A model generated the notes under the pieces. The model saw nothing but the letters and a program-made list of their open reading frames with translations, did not search any database and had not been told where the DNA came from. Both the position numbers and the translations under genes were made by a program. A stretch of DNA of 51,853 nt from Ferruginibacter sp. (GTDB lineage: Bacteria; Bacteroidota; Bacteroidia; Chitinophagales; Chitinophagaceae): the NCBI GenBank assembly GCA_037969135.1, contig JBBKWV010000167.1, positions 1-51,853 of the forward strand, written 5' to 3'. This document shows, piece after piece, positions 19,264 to 30,078 of this stretch. Each line of letters begins with the position of its first letter. Position 1 is the stretch's first letter.

Positions 19264-19625
19264 GGTATATAATACTTAGCCTGATTACCGTATTTATATT
19301 TTCGTGTACGGGAAAAAACGATGTTCCAAAAGGAATAATGAAACCCGAAAAAATGCAGGAGGTCTTTTGGGATTATGTAAGAGCTGATGTATATACACGA
19401 GAATATTTATTAAAGGACAGCAATAAAGATGCAAATATCGAAAACCTGAGATTGCAGGAAAAAATTTTTACATTACATCATACCGACAGGAAGACTTTTT
19501 ACGAGAGTTTTAATTATTATTCAAACCATAAAGAATTAATGTCTGCTTTGATCGATAGTATGGTTACAAAAAATCAACGGGTTAAGGCAACAAAGAAAAA
19601 GGCTGATAGTTCAATTAAAAAATAA
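19260..19625 (+). CDS. DUF4296-like lipoprotein
   Basis: Lipobox IFSC; PKGIMKPEKMQEV..D..AD; FYESFNYY; ATGA overlap with the upstream gene. Confidence 0.75.
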   Translation: MRYIILSLITVFIFSCTGKNDVPKGIMKPEKMQEVFWDYVRADVYTREYLLKDSNKDANIENLRLQEKIFTLHHTDRKTFYESFNYYSNHKELMSALIDSMVTKNQRVKATKKKADSSIKK

Positions 19626-19634
19626 TCTATTTGT

Positions 19635-20336
19635 ATGAATAAAGTTTTTAAGGATGCCGATCAGGCAATTAGTGACATTCATGATGGTGCTGTACTTATG
19701 CTTGGAGGATTTGGTTTATGCGGGATACCCGAAAACTGTATTACTGCTTTGGTAAAAAAAGGTACAAAACAATTAACCTGTATTTCGAATAATGCCGGTG
19801 TAGATGATTTTGGTATCGGGCTGATGCTTCAGCAAAAGCAGGTAAAAAAAATGATATCATCTTATGTAGGTGAGAATGCTGAATTTGAAAGACAATTATT
19901 AAGCGGGGAACTTGAAGTAGAGTTAATTCCGCAGGGAACACTTGCAACGCGTTGTATGGCTGCCGGATACGGGATACCCGCTGTTTTTACTCCTGCCGGT
20001 GTAGGAACGGAAGTAGCTATTGGAAAAGAAATAAGGAATTTTTCCGGAAAAGATTATTTGCTTGAATATGCTTTTGATGCTGATTTCGCCATTGTAAAAG
20101 CATGGAAGGCAGATACCATGGGAAACCTGATTTTTAAAGATACCGCCAGAAATTTTAATCCCCTGATGGCTATGGCGGGAAAAATAACCATTGCAGAAGT
20201 GGAAGAACTGGTAGAGGCGGGAGAATTGGATCCCAACCAGATCCATACACCCGGAATTTATGTTCAGCGTGTGTTTCAGGGTAAGAATTATGAGAAAAGA
20301 ATTGAACAGAAAACGGTTCGAAAAACAGCCCGTTAA
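19635..20336 (+). CDS. scoA: 3-oxoacid CoA-transferase subunit A
   Basis: GGFGLCGIPEN, SNNAG, PQGTLA, RNFNP, HTPGIYV. Confidence 0.93.
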   Translation: MNKVFKDADQAISDIHDGAVLMLGGFGLCGIPENCITALVKKGTKQLTCISNNAGVDDFGIGLMLQQKQVKKMISSYVGENAEFERQLLSGELEVELIPQGTLATRCMAAGYGIPAVFTPAGVGTEVAIGKEIRNFSGKDYLLEYAFDADFAIVKAWKADTMGNLIFKDTARNFNPLMAMAGKITIAEVEELVEAGELDPNQIHTPGIYVQRVFQGKNYEKRIEQKTVRKTAR

Positions 20337-20372
20337 TCAATTTTTCAGAACAATTTTTCAAAATAAAATAGT

Positions 20373-21026
20373 ATGCTTTCAAAAGAACAAATAGCTCAAC
20401 GAATTGCAAAAGAACTGCGTGATGGTTATTATGTAAACCTCGGAATAGGCATTCCAACGATGGTTGCCAATTATATACCCGTAGGAATAAATGTAGTATT
20501 ACAAAGCGAGAACGGATTATTGGGAATGGGGCCATTTCCTGAAGATGGACAAGAAGACGCCGACCTGATAAATGCCGGTAAGCAAACAATAACCACTTTA
20601 CCGGGATCTGCTTTTTTCGACAGTGCAATGAGCTTTGGTATGATCCGTTCCGGGAAAGTAGACCTTACCGTTCTGGGCGCAATGGAAGTGAGTGAACAAG
20701 GTGATATCGCAAACTGGAAAATTCCCGGTAAAATGGTAAAGGGAATGGGAGGGGCAATGGATCTTGTGGCAAGTGCAAAAAATATTATTGTAGCTATGAT
20801 GCATACCAACCCAAAAGGGGAAAGCAAACTGTTAAAAGCCTGTTCATTGCCGCTCACCGGTGTTAAGTGTGTGAAGAAGATCGTGAGCGATCTTGCAGTA
20901 ATGGAAGTAACAGAATATGGTTTTAAATTACTGGAAAGAGCACCCGGCGTATCGGTAGAAGAAATAAAATCAAAGACCGAAGGCAAACTGATCATTGAAG
21001 GAGAAATTCCGGAAATGGTTTTCTGA
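20373..21026 (+). CDS. scoB: 3-oxoacid CoA-transferase subunit B
   Basis: VNLGIGIPT, QSENG (catalytic Glu), GMGGAMDLV. Confidence 0.93.
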   Translation: MLSKEQIAQRIAKELRDGYYVNLGIGIPTMVANYIPVGINVVLQSENGLLGMGPFPEDGQEDADLINAGKQTITTLPGSAFFDSAMSFGMIRSGKVDLTVLGAMEVSEQGDIANWKIPGKMVKGMGGAMDLVASAKNIIVAMMHTNPKGESKLLKACSLPLTGVKCVKKIVSDLAVMEVTEYGFKLLERAPGVSVEEIKSKTEGKLIIEGEIPEMVF

Positions 21027-21046
21027 TCTTATAATCAATTGAATAA

Positions 21047-21075
21047 AAAATGCCCCGGTATTAACGGAGCATTTT
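21047..21075. terminator. Hairpin between convergent scoB and pckA
   Basis: AAAATGCCCCG..CGGAGCATTTT (one mismatch). Confidence 0.65.
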
Positions 21076-21095
21076 CTTTTTAAACAATAATTCAA

Positions 21096-22709
21096 TTAAA
21101 TTTTTGGAGCTGCTGCCAGAATTTCTTCCTCAACACCGGAAGCATATTTTTGAAAGTTCGCAATAAATTCTTTTGCAAGTTCCTTTGCTTTTACATCATA
21201 ATTTTCTTTATCATCCCAGGTATTGCGTGGGTTGAGGATCTCTGAAGGTACTCCCGGGCACTCTGTAGGCATCATCATACCAAAAACAGGGTGTGCTTCA
21301 TATTGCACATTTTTCAGCTTGCCTTCAAGTGCAGCAGTGATCATTGCCCTGGTAAAAGCAAGTTTCATTCTTTGTCCAACGCCGTAAGGTCCACCACTCC
21401 AACCGGTATTGATCATCCAAACATTCACATTATGTGTTTTCATTTTTTTTCCCAGCATCGCAGCGTATTTTCCAGGATGTAAGGGTAAGAATGGTGCACC
21501 AAAACAAGCACTGAAAGTAGATTGGGGTTCTTTAACACCATCTTCTGTACCGGCAACTTTTGCGGTATAACCACTGATAAACTGGTACATGGCCTGGCCA
21601 GCAGTCAATTTACTTACAGGAGGTAAAATACCATAAGCATCGGCAGTTAAAAAGAAAATATTTTTAGGCGTTTTTCCAATGGATGGTTCCAGTGCATTGC
21701 TGATAAAAGACAAAGGATAACTTACCCTGGTATTTTCAGTGATCTCTTTACTGCTGAAATCTATTTTGTTTGTACCCGGAAAGAAAGTAACATTTTCAAC
21801 CAATGCTCCCGGTCTGATCGCATGGAAAATTTCCGGTTCCTTCTCTTCACTCAGGTCAATTGTTTTGGCATAACAGCCTCCTTCAAAATTAAATACACTG
21901 TCATTCGTCCACCCATGTTCATCATCACCAATAAGTTTTCTGTTAGGATCTGCACTCAATGTTGTTTTGCCAGTTCCACTCAAACCAAAAAATACAGCAG
22001 TATCGCCGTCATTGCCCATATTGGCACTGCAATGCATGCTCAATACATCTGCACGTTCGGGTAAAACATAATTCAACATGGTGAAAATTCCTTTTTTCAT
22101 TTCACCGGTATATCCTGTTCCACCAATTAATATTGTTTTATGCTTGAAACTCAGTACAGCAAAATTTTCTGAAGCAGTACCATCTGTAGAAGGATCAGCT
22201 TTAAAACCCGGTGCCTGGATAATATGCCAGTTGGGAGTAAAATCTTCTAATTGTTTTTCCGAAGGGCGAATAAACATATTATAACAAAACAGGTTGCTCC
22301 ATGGATTTTCATTGATAACCCGTAATCTTAAACGATAATCTTCTGCAGCGCAAGCAATACAATCACGTACCCATAATTCCTTTCCGGAAAGATATTTAAT
22401 CATCTTATCGTTTAGCTGGAGGAATTTTTTTTCTTCCATTGGGATATTGAAATTATTCCAATGAACAGTATCTGTTGTTAATTCATCTTTTACGGTAAAT
22501 TTATCTTTTGGGCTTCTTCCGGTAAATTTCCCTGTCTTAATTACCAGTGCACCTGTATCATTTAAAACCCCTTCATTGCGTTTTACTGTTTGATCACTTA
22601 ATTCACTTGGGCTCAATTGGTAATGTATTGGTAGCGAAGTTTCTAGTCCTAATTCCTTCAAAGCACCAATTGGTGCTTCAATCATAAGATTTTCTGACAT
22701 AGCAAGCAT
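21096..22709 (-). CDS. pckA: Phosphoenolpyruvate carboxykinase (ATP)
   Basis: TGRSPKDK, GLSGTGKTTLS, IGDDEHGW, NFEGGCYAK; TAACTTTG element at 22730-22723; start may be 22700. Confidence 0.97.
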   Translation of the reverse strand: MLAMSENLMIEAPIGALKELGLETSLPIHYQLSPSELSDQTVKRNEGVLNDTGALVIKTGKFTGRSPKDKFTVKDELTTDTVHWNNFNIPMEEKKFLQLNDKMIKYLSGKELWVRDCIACAAEDYRLRLRVINENPWSNLFCYNMFIRPSEKQLEDFTPNWHIIQAPGFKADPSTDGTASENFAVLSFKHKTILIGGTGYTGEMKKGIFTMLNYVLPERADVLSMHCSANMGNDGDTAVFFGLSGTGKTTLSADPNRKLIGDDEHGWTNDSVFNFEGGCYAKTIDLSEEKEPEIFHAIRPGALVENVTFFPGTNKIDFSSKEITENTRVSYPLSFISNALEPSIGKTPKNIFFLTADAYGILPPVSKLTAGQAMYQFISGYTAKVAGTEDGVKEPQSTFSACFGAPFLPLHPGKYAAMLGKKMKTHNVNVWMINTGWSGGPYGVGQRMKLAFTRAMITAALEGKLKNVQYEAHPVFGMMMPTECPGVPSEILNPRNTWDDKENYDVKAKELAKEFIANFQKYASGVEEEILAAAPKI

Positions 22710-22974
22710 TTTAGTTAAAAAGCAAAGTTACTATATCATTAAAATAAAAAAAATAACAATTTATTCATTTACATCAGGTTATTTGTATTCTGTATGCTTT
22801 GTTTGTAAAAATTTAATAAGAAGCGGTCTTTTTAAAAGATTGTCTTACCAAATCAACGTTCTGTTGAAGGAAGTTTATTTTAATTTATTTACTGCCATAT
22901 AGAAAAATTATTAAAACGTATATTGCGTATAAATAAACAGCATATCTTATTATAAAGCATCAAAAATTTATATA

Positions 22975-24264
22975 ATGAAATATCTTCCTTTAAATCCTGA
23001 AATATTTATTCATAACCGCAGCAGGTTTACTCCTAAGATCGGAAAAAATGCTATTGCCATTTTTAACAGCAATGATGAATTACCAACCAATGGCGACCAG
23101 TTATTTGGTTTTAAACAAAACAGTGATTTGTACTGGATGACAGGAATTGAGCAGGAGGATACGATGCTGGTAATATTCCCCGATAATCCCGATCCCAAAT
23201 ACAGGGAAGTTTTGGTTATTGTAAGACCGAATGCATTAAAAGAGAAATGGGATGGACATCGGCTGCGTATGCAGGAAGCGCAGGCTATATCCGGAATACA
23301 GACCATTGTTTTTCTGGATGCGCTGGATGGATTGTTGCAGCCATGGATACATCTGGCAGATACCATCTATTTAAACAGCAATGAAAATGACAGAAAATCC
23401 AATCTGATAGCAGTAAGAGATTACCGTTATGCAGAAATGATGAAGCAACGTTATCCCTTACATGAATTTAAACGGAGTGCAAAAATATTGAAAGATCTGC
23501 GGGCAATAAAATCCGGCCTGGAAGTGGAAGTATTGCAAAAAGCGATTGATATTACTGACAATACATTCAGGCGCTTATTGCAGTTTATTAAGCCGGGTGT
23601 AATGGAATATGAAATAGAAGCAGAAATTTATCATTCTTTTTTATCACAGAGATCTACAGGTCCCGGATATGGTTCGATCATTGCAAGTGGCGACAGAGCT
23701 AGAACACTGCATTATGTTGAAAACAACCAGGAATGTAAAGAGGGTGAATTGATATTGATGGACTTTGGTGCTGCCTATGGAAATTACACTGCGGATCTTT
23801 CCCGTACCATACCGGTTAGCGGTAAATTCGGACGGAGACAGAAAACGGTTTACAATGCCTGCCTTCACCTGCATCACTACGCAGCAAGCATTCTTAAACC
23901 CGGTATCAGCATTGTGGATTATACAGAAAAAGTTGGGGATGAAGCAACCATTGTATTTCAAAAGATCGGCTTACTTAAAAAATCTGAAATTAAGAATGAG
24001 GATCCGGAAAACAGGGCTTACAGAAAATATTTATATCATGGAATTTCCCATCACCTGGGTATCGATGTACATGATCTGGGTACCAGAACTGAGCCAATAA
24101 AAGCCGGTATGGTATTTACCATTGAACCCGGAATATATATTGAAGAAGAAAAAATGGGTGTACGGATTGAAAATAATTTCTGGATCACAAAAAATGGCAA
24201 TAAAGATCTGATGAAGAATATTCCCATTACTGTGGAAGAGATTGAAGCACTAATGAAGAGGTAA
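22975..24264 (+). CDS. Xaa-Pro aminopeptidase (M24B)
   Basis: TLHY, MDFGA..YTADLSRT, HGISHHLGIDVHD, TIEPGIY, GVRIEN. Confidence 0.93.
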   Translation: MKYLPLNPEIFIHNRSRFTPKIGKNAIAIFNSNDELPTNGDQLFGFKQNSDLYWMTGIEQEDTMLVIFPDNPDPKYREVLVIVRPNALKEKWDGHRLRMQEAQAISGIQTIVFLDALDGLLQPWIHLADTIYLNSNENDRKSNLIAVRDYRYAEMMKQRYPLHEFKRSAKILKDLRAIKSGLEVEVLQKAIDITDNTFRRLLQFIKPGVMEYEIEAEIYHSFLSQRSTGPGYGSIIASGDRARTLHYVENNQECKEGELILMDFGAAYGNYTADLSRTIPVSGKFGRRQKTVYNACLHLHHYAASILKPGISIVDYTEKVGDEATIVFQKIGLLKKSEIKNEDPENRAYRKYLYHGISHHLGIDVHDLGTRTEPIKAGMVFTIEPGIYIEEEKMGVRIENNFWITKNGNKDLMKNIPITVEEIEALMKR

Positions 24265-24374
24265 TATTAATTTGAAAATTTTAATATTTTAGAAAGGTTG
24301 CATACTTAAATTGAAAATATGCAAAAAAAGAAACCCGGATCTTCCATTTTTCAAATCAGTGAATTTTCAAATTA

Positions 24375-25133
24375 ATGAAACAAATACCAAACCTGTTTAC
24401 ACTCCTGAATCTTATTTTCGGATGTATGGCGATCGTTGCTACATTACAAAATGGCATCAGCATTCAATATAATCCTGAAGGAGCACAGTTCATTGATATA
24501 CCCGAATCAATCTGGATGGCTTCTTTGTATATCGGTCTTGCTGCCCTGGTTGATTTTTTAGACGGCTTTATCGCACGGATATTCAATGCATCCTCAGAAA
24601 TGGGCAAACAATTGGATTCACTGGCGGATGTTGTCAGCTTTGGTGTTGCACCTTCCATGATCATTTACCAGTTATTGAGGATGAGTTATGCAAGAGAAGC
24701 TGCAGCTGTTGATGTGTCTGTCATGTATTTATTGCCCGCATTTATCATTGCCGGGGCTGCTGCTTACCGGCTGGCAAAATTCAACCTGGATAATACACAG
24801 CAATATGGATTTAAAGGAGTGCCAACACCGGCTGTCGGTCTTTTAATAGCATCATTTCCGCTTATATACTGGCATGCGGGTTCTGAAATTGTACTATCGC
24901 TTTTATTAAATAAATGGGTACTCTATGCGGTGATCGTTTTTTTATCCTGGCTCATGATAAGCAATATTCCCATGATGGCTATGAAGTTTAAAAATTTATC
25001 CATTAAGAATAATCTTTCAAAATTTTTGCTGATCATTTTTTCAATACTTGCCGTTGTTTTTTTGCACTGGCTGGCAGTTCCGGCCATTTTTATCACATAC
25101 ATTATTTTATCTTTGGTATTCAAAAATAATTGA
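24375..25133 (+). CDS. CDP-alcohol phosphatidyltransferase (PssA-like)
   Basis: PNLFTLLN; DFLDGFIAR..GKQLDSLADVVSFGVAP; RLAKFN. Confidence 0.9.
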   Translation: MKQIPNLFTLLNLIFGCMAIVATLQNGISIQYNPEGAQFIDIPESIWMASLYIGLAALVDFLDGFIARIFNASSEMGKQLDSLADVVSFGVAPSMIIYQLLRMSYAREAAAVDVSVMYLLPAFIIAGAAAYRLAKFNLDNTQQYGFKGVPTPAVGLLIASFPLIYWHAGSEIVLSLLLNKWVLYAVIVFLSWLMISNIPMMAMKFKNLSIKNNLSKFLLIIFSILAVVFLHWLAVPAIFITYIILSLVFKNN

Positions 25134-25135
25134 CC

Positions 25136-25381
25136 ATGATATTTACAGCAGAGATAAAAGTAATGCCTTTAAAAGATTTGCTCGATCCGCAGGGAAAAGC
25201 AGTTCTAGGCGGATTACAACATTTAGGATTGAATGCAATTGCTGATGTGAGAATTGGAAAACACATCAACCTGCAAATTGAAGCAGAAGATAAAGAAGCT
25301 GCCCTTAGTTTAGCTTCCGAAGCTGCAAAAAAATTACTATCAAACCCGGTGATGGAAATGTTTGAGATATCCATTAACTGA
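25136..25381 (+). CDS. purS: FGAM synthase subunit PurS
   Basis: LLDPQGKAV, VRIGK, LLSNPVME. Confidence 0.93.
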   Translation: MIFTAEIKVMPLKDLLDPQGKAVLGGLQHLGLNAIADVRIGKHINLQIEAEDKEAALSLASEAAKKLLSNPVMEMFEISIN

Positions 25382-25473
25382 AATGATAAAATACCCTGTT
25401 AAAAATTATTTAAGAATGTAAACAGGTTTATATGTATTAAATTCCAATTCCCCATCGAATAATTTCCAAATAG

Positions 25474-26139
25474 ATGCTTTACTTAGTACCATCTCCCATA
25501 GGCAACCTCGCCGATATAACTTACCGGGCTATAGAAGTATTGAAAATGGTTGATCTGATCCTTGCAGAAGATACACGCACTTCTTCTGTATTATTAAATC
25601 ACTACGGGATCAAAAAAAATATTTCTGCTTACCACCAGCACAATGAGCATAAAATTGTTGCACATCTTGCAGATCAGATGCATGCAGGGAAAAAGATTGC
25701 ATTGATAACGGACGCGGGTACCCCTGGCATAAGTGATCCTGCTTTTCTGCTGGTAAGAGAGTGTATAAAGAATAATATTACAGTTGATTGCCTTCCCGGA
25801 GCAACTGCTTTTGTTCCTGCATTGGTAAACAGCGGACTTCCAATAAATAGTTTTTGCTTTGAAGGATTTCTTCCGCTAAAAAAAGGGCGCCAAACTTTTT
25901 TGAAAAAAATGGCAACGGAAGAACGGACCATGGTATTTTACGAAAGTCCGATGCGGCTGGTAAAAACTCTTTCACATTTTATTGAATACTTTGGAGGAGA
26001 TAGACGCTGTTCTGTGAGCCGCGAACTTACTAAGAAATTTGAAGAAAATAAACGCGGATCCTTACAGGAAGTGCATGATCATTTTAATGCCAAAACGGTG
26101 AAAGGGGAGATTGTAATTGTTGTTCAGGGAAAAGAATAA
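25474..26139 (+). CDS. rsmI: 16S rRNA C1402 2'-O-methyltransferase
   Basis: PIGNLADIT, AEDTR, DAGTPGISDP, FYESP, RELTK. Confidence 0.96.
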   Translation: MLYLVPSPIGNLADITYRAIEVLKMVDLILAEDTRTSSVLLNHYGIKKNISAYHQHNEHKIVAHLADQMHAGKKIALITDAGTPGISDPAFLLVRECIKNNITVDCLPGATAFVPALVNSGLPINSFCFEGFLPLKKGRQTFLKKMATEERTMVFYESPMRLVKTLSHFIEYFGGDRRCSVSRELTKKFEENKRGSLQEVHDHFNAKTVKGEIVIVVQGKE

Positions 26140-26156
26140 TTTTAAAATTATTTCAT

Positions 26157-27308
26157 ATGAAAAAACATTTTTGTTTACCGTTTCTCTTTTTTTTTGTTTC
26201 CGGAACGTATGGGCAGGACGTTTTATTTGCAAAGAAAATGGTTGATACACTCACATCATCCACTTTTTGGGGAAGAGGTTACACGAAGGATGGAATGGGA
26301 AAGGCCGCCGCTTTTCTTGCATCTGAATTTGCATCTTATGGCCTGGAGCCAATGAAGGGAAAATCGTTTATGCAGCAGTTTTCATATCCGGTGAATATTT
26401 TTCCGGGTAAAATGGAATTGATGATCAATAATGTGGATCTTATTCCCGGAAAGGATTTTATCGTTGCTCCGGAAGCAAAAGGAATAAAAGCAAAAGGAGA
26501 TTTAGTTCAAAAAGACAGTGTTACATTTATCAATGCTGCTGAAAGATTTATTGTTCATTTGGATGACAAACTTACCTGGTCTGTATCCCAGGAAACAGCT
26601 GATTACAGTATGATCAATATTGACAAAAGATCTTTATCCGGCAAACCCGGTAGTTTTAAAGTGAATATTGAAAATAAACTGATTAATAATTTTAAGGCTG
26701 CGAATATATGTGCATTCATCAAAGGAAAAGTAAAGCCAGATTCAGTGATCATGATCACCGCCCATTATGACCATCTTGGCGGCATGGGAAAGGATGTTTA
26801 TTTCCCTGGTGCAAATGACAATGCAAGTGGTATTTCATTATTGCTTAACCTTGCCCGTTATTACGCAAAAAATCCTCCCCCATATTCCATCGGATTTATT
26901 TGTTTCGCAGGTGAGGAAGCCGGATTATTGGGATCAAAATATTTTACAGAAAACCCACTGATACCATTAAGTCAAATCCGGTTCCTCATAAATACAGATC
27001 TGGCAGGAACAGGAGAAGAAGGAATCACGGTTGTAAATGCAACAGAATTTTCAAAAGAATTTGCAATGATGAATGCGGTAAATGATGAGCATAAATTATT
27101 GGTAAAGATCAATCCCCGCGGCAAAGCAGCCAATAGTGATCATTATTTTTTTTCTGAAAAAGGAGTCCCTGCTTTCTTTTTTTATACACTAGGCGGAATA
27201 AAAGCATATCATGATGTTTTTGATATTGCGGCAACCCTGCCATTGAATGAACACGAAGACCTGTTTAAATTAATCGTACAATTCAATCAAAAGTTAATGG
27301 GAAATTAA
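26157..27308 (+). CDS. Secreted M28 metallopeptidase
   Basis: Signal peptide; AHYDH, GANDNASG, GEEAG, SDH. Confidence 0.9.
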   Translation: MKKHFCLPFLFFFVSGTYGQDVLFAKKMVDTLTSSTFWGRGYTKDGMGKAAAFLASEFASYGLEPMKGKSFMQQFSYPVNIFPGKMELMINNVDLIPGKDFIVAPEAKGIKAKGDLVQKDSVTFINAAERFIVHLDDKLTWSVSQETADYSMINIDKRSLSGKPGSFKVNIENKLINNFKAANICAFIKGKVKPDSVIMITAHYDHLGGMGKDVYFPGANDNASGISLLLNLARYYAKNPPPYSIGFICFAGEEAGLLGSKYFTENPLIPLSQIRFLINTDLAGTGEEGITVVNATEFSKEFAMMNAVNDEHKLLVKINPRGKAANSDHYFFSEKGVPAFFFYTLGGIKAYHDVFDIAATLPLNEHEDLFKLIVQFNQKLMGN

Positions 27309-27393
27309 AATCAGTTATTTTCATAACCGTTTATCCGATAAATCCTTTTTAGCAATTTTATTTTACCGATTTTTGATCAAATAATAACTCAGC

Positions 27394-29331
27394 ATGTTAA
27401 TTAAAAACAGTTTCTTATTTCTTATCTCTGCATTTCTTTTCCATTTTGCTAATGCTCAACCCGATCGCTGGCAACAAAAAGTGAAGTATCAGATGCAGGT
27501 TGATGTGGATGTAGTATCCAACAGGTTTAACGGAAAACAAAAACTGGAATACAGTAATAACTCTTCTGATAAACTGGATAAAGTTTTTTATCATTTATAC
27601 TGGAATGCATTTCAGCCAAACAGCAGTATGGATATCCACAGCAGGGAATTGGGTAAAGTACTTGTAAACAACCGGCCCGACTGGGATTCAAGGGTTAAAG
27701 ACCGGATACTGAATCTGAAAGAGGATGAGATCGGTTATCAGAAGATCATTTCATTAAAGATGAATGGGGTTGCTCAACCATTTAAATATCATGAAACGAT
27801 ACTCGAGGTTAATCTTACAAAACCTATTTTGCCAAAGTCAAAAGTGGTTTTTGAAATGGAATTTGAAGCACAGGTGCCATTGCAGGTAAGACGCAGCGGC
27901 AGGGATAATCCGGGTAATGCAGTTCGTTACAGTATGAGCCAATGGTATCCAAAGATGTGCGAATATGATTATGAAGGCTGGCATCCTACACCTTATATCG
28001 CCCGTGAATTTTATGGTGTGTGGGGAGATTTTGATGTGACCATTAAAATTGATAAAGCATATAAACTGGGTGGCACAGGGGTTTTGGTAAATGCCAGTGA
28101 AATTGGATGGGGTTATGACAAGCCCGGGACCGAATTGAAAGCACTATCTGCAGCAAAAAGAAGCTGGCATTTTATTGGAAACAATGTGCATGATTTCGTT
28201 TGGGCTGCAGATCCGGATTACAATCACCTGGTAAGAAAAATCACCAACGGACCGGTTATTCATATCATTTATAAAAACAAAAAAGACAATGAAAAAAACG
28301 ACAATGCATGGGAAAAAGTGGGAGATGCAGCTGTAAACGTACTTCCCTTTATTGAAAGTCACTTTGGAAAGTATGCATACCCGCAATATTCATTCATCCA
28401 GGGTGGAGATGGAGGCATGGAATACCCGATGGCAACTTTGATCAACGGGCCTTCTTTGGGAACTGTATTTCATGAATGGATGCACAGCTGGTACCAGATG
28501 ATGCTGGGAACCAATGAAAGTCTGCATCCATGGATGGATGAAGGATTCGCAAGTTATGCGGATGATCTAGTTGGTAAATTTTACAATAAAAAATCCTCTT
28601 TACAGGATTACAGGGATACATTGCTTACAAAACCGGATAATAAATTTTTAAAAGACCTTATTGATAATGTATTGCCCGAAGATCATGCAGGATCTTATAA
28701 TAGTTATTTCCGGTTGGTAAAAAGCGGCAATGAAGAACCGCTTACTACACACAGTGACCATTATAATTCCAATTTTGCATATTCTGTGGCTTCCTATAGT
28801 AAGGGGGAAGTTTTTTTAGAACAGCTTGGATATATTACTGGGGCTGCTGCAAGAGATAAAATATTATTGGAATATTATAAAAAATGGCGTTTTAAACATC
28901 CCAATGCCAATGATTTTATTAAACTGGCCCAGGATGTAAGCGGGATTCAGTTAGATTGGTATAAGCAATATTGGATCAATTCAACCAAAACAATCAATTA
29001 CAGTATTGACAGCCTTTGGGAAGAAAATGGGGTTTCTAAAATCCGGTTGAAAAGGATTGGTCAAATGCCAATGCCTGTTGATCTTCAACTAACTTTTAAG
29101 AACGGGAATTCAGAGATGCATCAAATTCCATTGGACCTGATGTTTGGCAGCAAGAAAAGCGAAAATGAATCACAGCTTTATTTTGTACATGATGAGTGGA
29201 AATGGGTTCAACCTACTTATGTTGTTGAGATCAAACAAAAGCTTACAGATCTGGTGAAGGCAGAGATCGATCCTTCAAAAAGAATGGCCGACATCGATCG
29301 TAAAAATAATTTACTGGAACTTAACTGGTAA
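27394..29331 (+). CDS. Secreted M1 family aminopeptidase
   Basis: Signal peptide; GGMEYP; HEWMH-x18-E. Confidence 0.93.
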   Translation: MLIKNSFLFLISAFLFHFANAQPDRWQQKVKYQMQVDVDVVSNRFNGKQKLEYSNNSSDKLDKVFYHLYWNAFQPNSSMDIHSRELGKVLVNNRPDWDSRVKDRILNLKEDEIGYQKIISLKMNGVAQPFKYHETILEVNLTKPILPKSKVVFEMEFEAQVPLQVRRSGRDNPGNAVRYSMSQWYPKMCEYDYEGWHPTPYIAREFYGVWGDFDVTIKIDKAYKLGGTGVLVNASEIGWGYDKPGTELKALSAAKRSWHFIGNNVHDFVWAADPDYNHLVRKITNGPVIHIIYKNKKDNEKNDNAWEKVGDAAVNVLPFIESHFGKYAYPQYSFIQGGDGGMEYPMATLINGPSLGTVFHEWMHSWYQMMLGTNESLHPWMDEGFASYADDLVGKFYNKKSSLQDYRDTLLTKPDNKFLKDLIDNVLPEDHAGSYNSYFRLVKSGNEEPLTTHSDHYNSNFAYSVASYSKGEVFLEQLGYITGAAARDKILLEYYKKWRFKHPNANDFIKLAQDVSGIQLDWYKQYWINSTKTINYSIDSLWEENGVSKIRLKRIGQMPMPVDLQLTFKNGNSEMHQIPLDLMFGSKKSENESQLYFVHDEWKWVQPTYVVEIKQKLTDLVKAEIDPSKRMADIDRKNNLLELNW

Positions 29332-29333
29332 AT

Positions 29334-29363
29334 AAAAACCCGGTGCATTGAACCGGGTTTTTT
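29334..29363. terminator. Bidirectional terminator
   Basis: AAAAACCCGGT..ACCGGGTTTTT. Confidence 0.85.
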
Positions 29364-29383
29364 ATTTTATGTATTTTCAAACA

Positions 29384-30019
29384 TCAACGACCAAAAAATT
29401 TATTAACTGCTTCAACCCTGTTGGATACATGTAATTTGGCATATACATTGTATACGTGTTTTCTGACAGTTTCCGAACTGATATTCAACTGATCAGATAT
29501 CTCTTTATAAATCAATCCTTTTGAAAGCATTTCCAGAATTTCTCTTTCGCGTTTCGTTAGTACATCCAGACTGTGATCAGCATGTATCCCTGATAGTTTA
29601 TGCTGAAATGCGGTGACGACTTTTCTTGCTATCTGGCTGCTCATGGGTGCTCCACCTTCATACAATTCTTTTATCGCATCCAGCATTTTTTGTGGTGCGG
29701 TTTTTTTAATGATATATCCACTCGCCCCTGCATTCAATGCTTCAAATATTTTTTCATCTTCTTCATATATAGTACACATCATAAACTGCATATCGGGGAA
29801 AGAGGGTTTTAATTCTCTTACCACTTCAATCCCGTTGATGCCACCAAGCCGAATATCCATCAAAACGATCTTGGGTTGAAATATCGGTAGTTTGATCAAT
29901 GCGTCTTCTCCATTTATGCAGGAGCAGGCAAGTGTGTAACCTTCGGCAGTATCGATAATTTGCTCCAGCGCATTGCGGATATCATGATTATCTTCTACAA
30001 TGGCAACAGTTATATTCAT
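29384..30019 (-). CDS. NarL/FixJ-family response regulator (REC + LuxR HTH)
   Basis: IVEDN, VLMDI, GASGYIIK; LTKREREIL..YKEI..SETVRKH. Confidence 0.95.
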   Translation of the reverse strand: MNITVAIVEDNHDIRNALEQIIDTAEGYTLACSCINGEDALIKLPIFQPKIVLMDIRLGGINGIEVVRELKPSFPDMQFMMCTIYEEDEKIFEALNAGASGYIIKKTAPQKMLDAIKELYEGGAPMSSQIARKVVTAFQHKLSGIHADHSLDVLTKREREILEMLSKGLIYKEISDQLNISSETVRKHVYNVYAKLHVSNRVEAVNKFFGR

Positions 30020-30078
30020 AGTTACAAATCTGAATTAAAAATACCTAAAATACAATACCCTAAAGTGGTAGTGAATAA

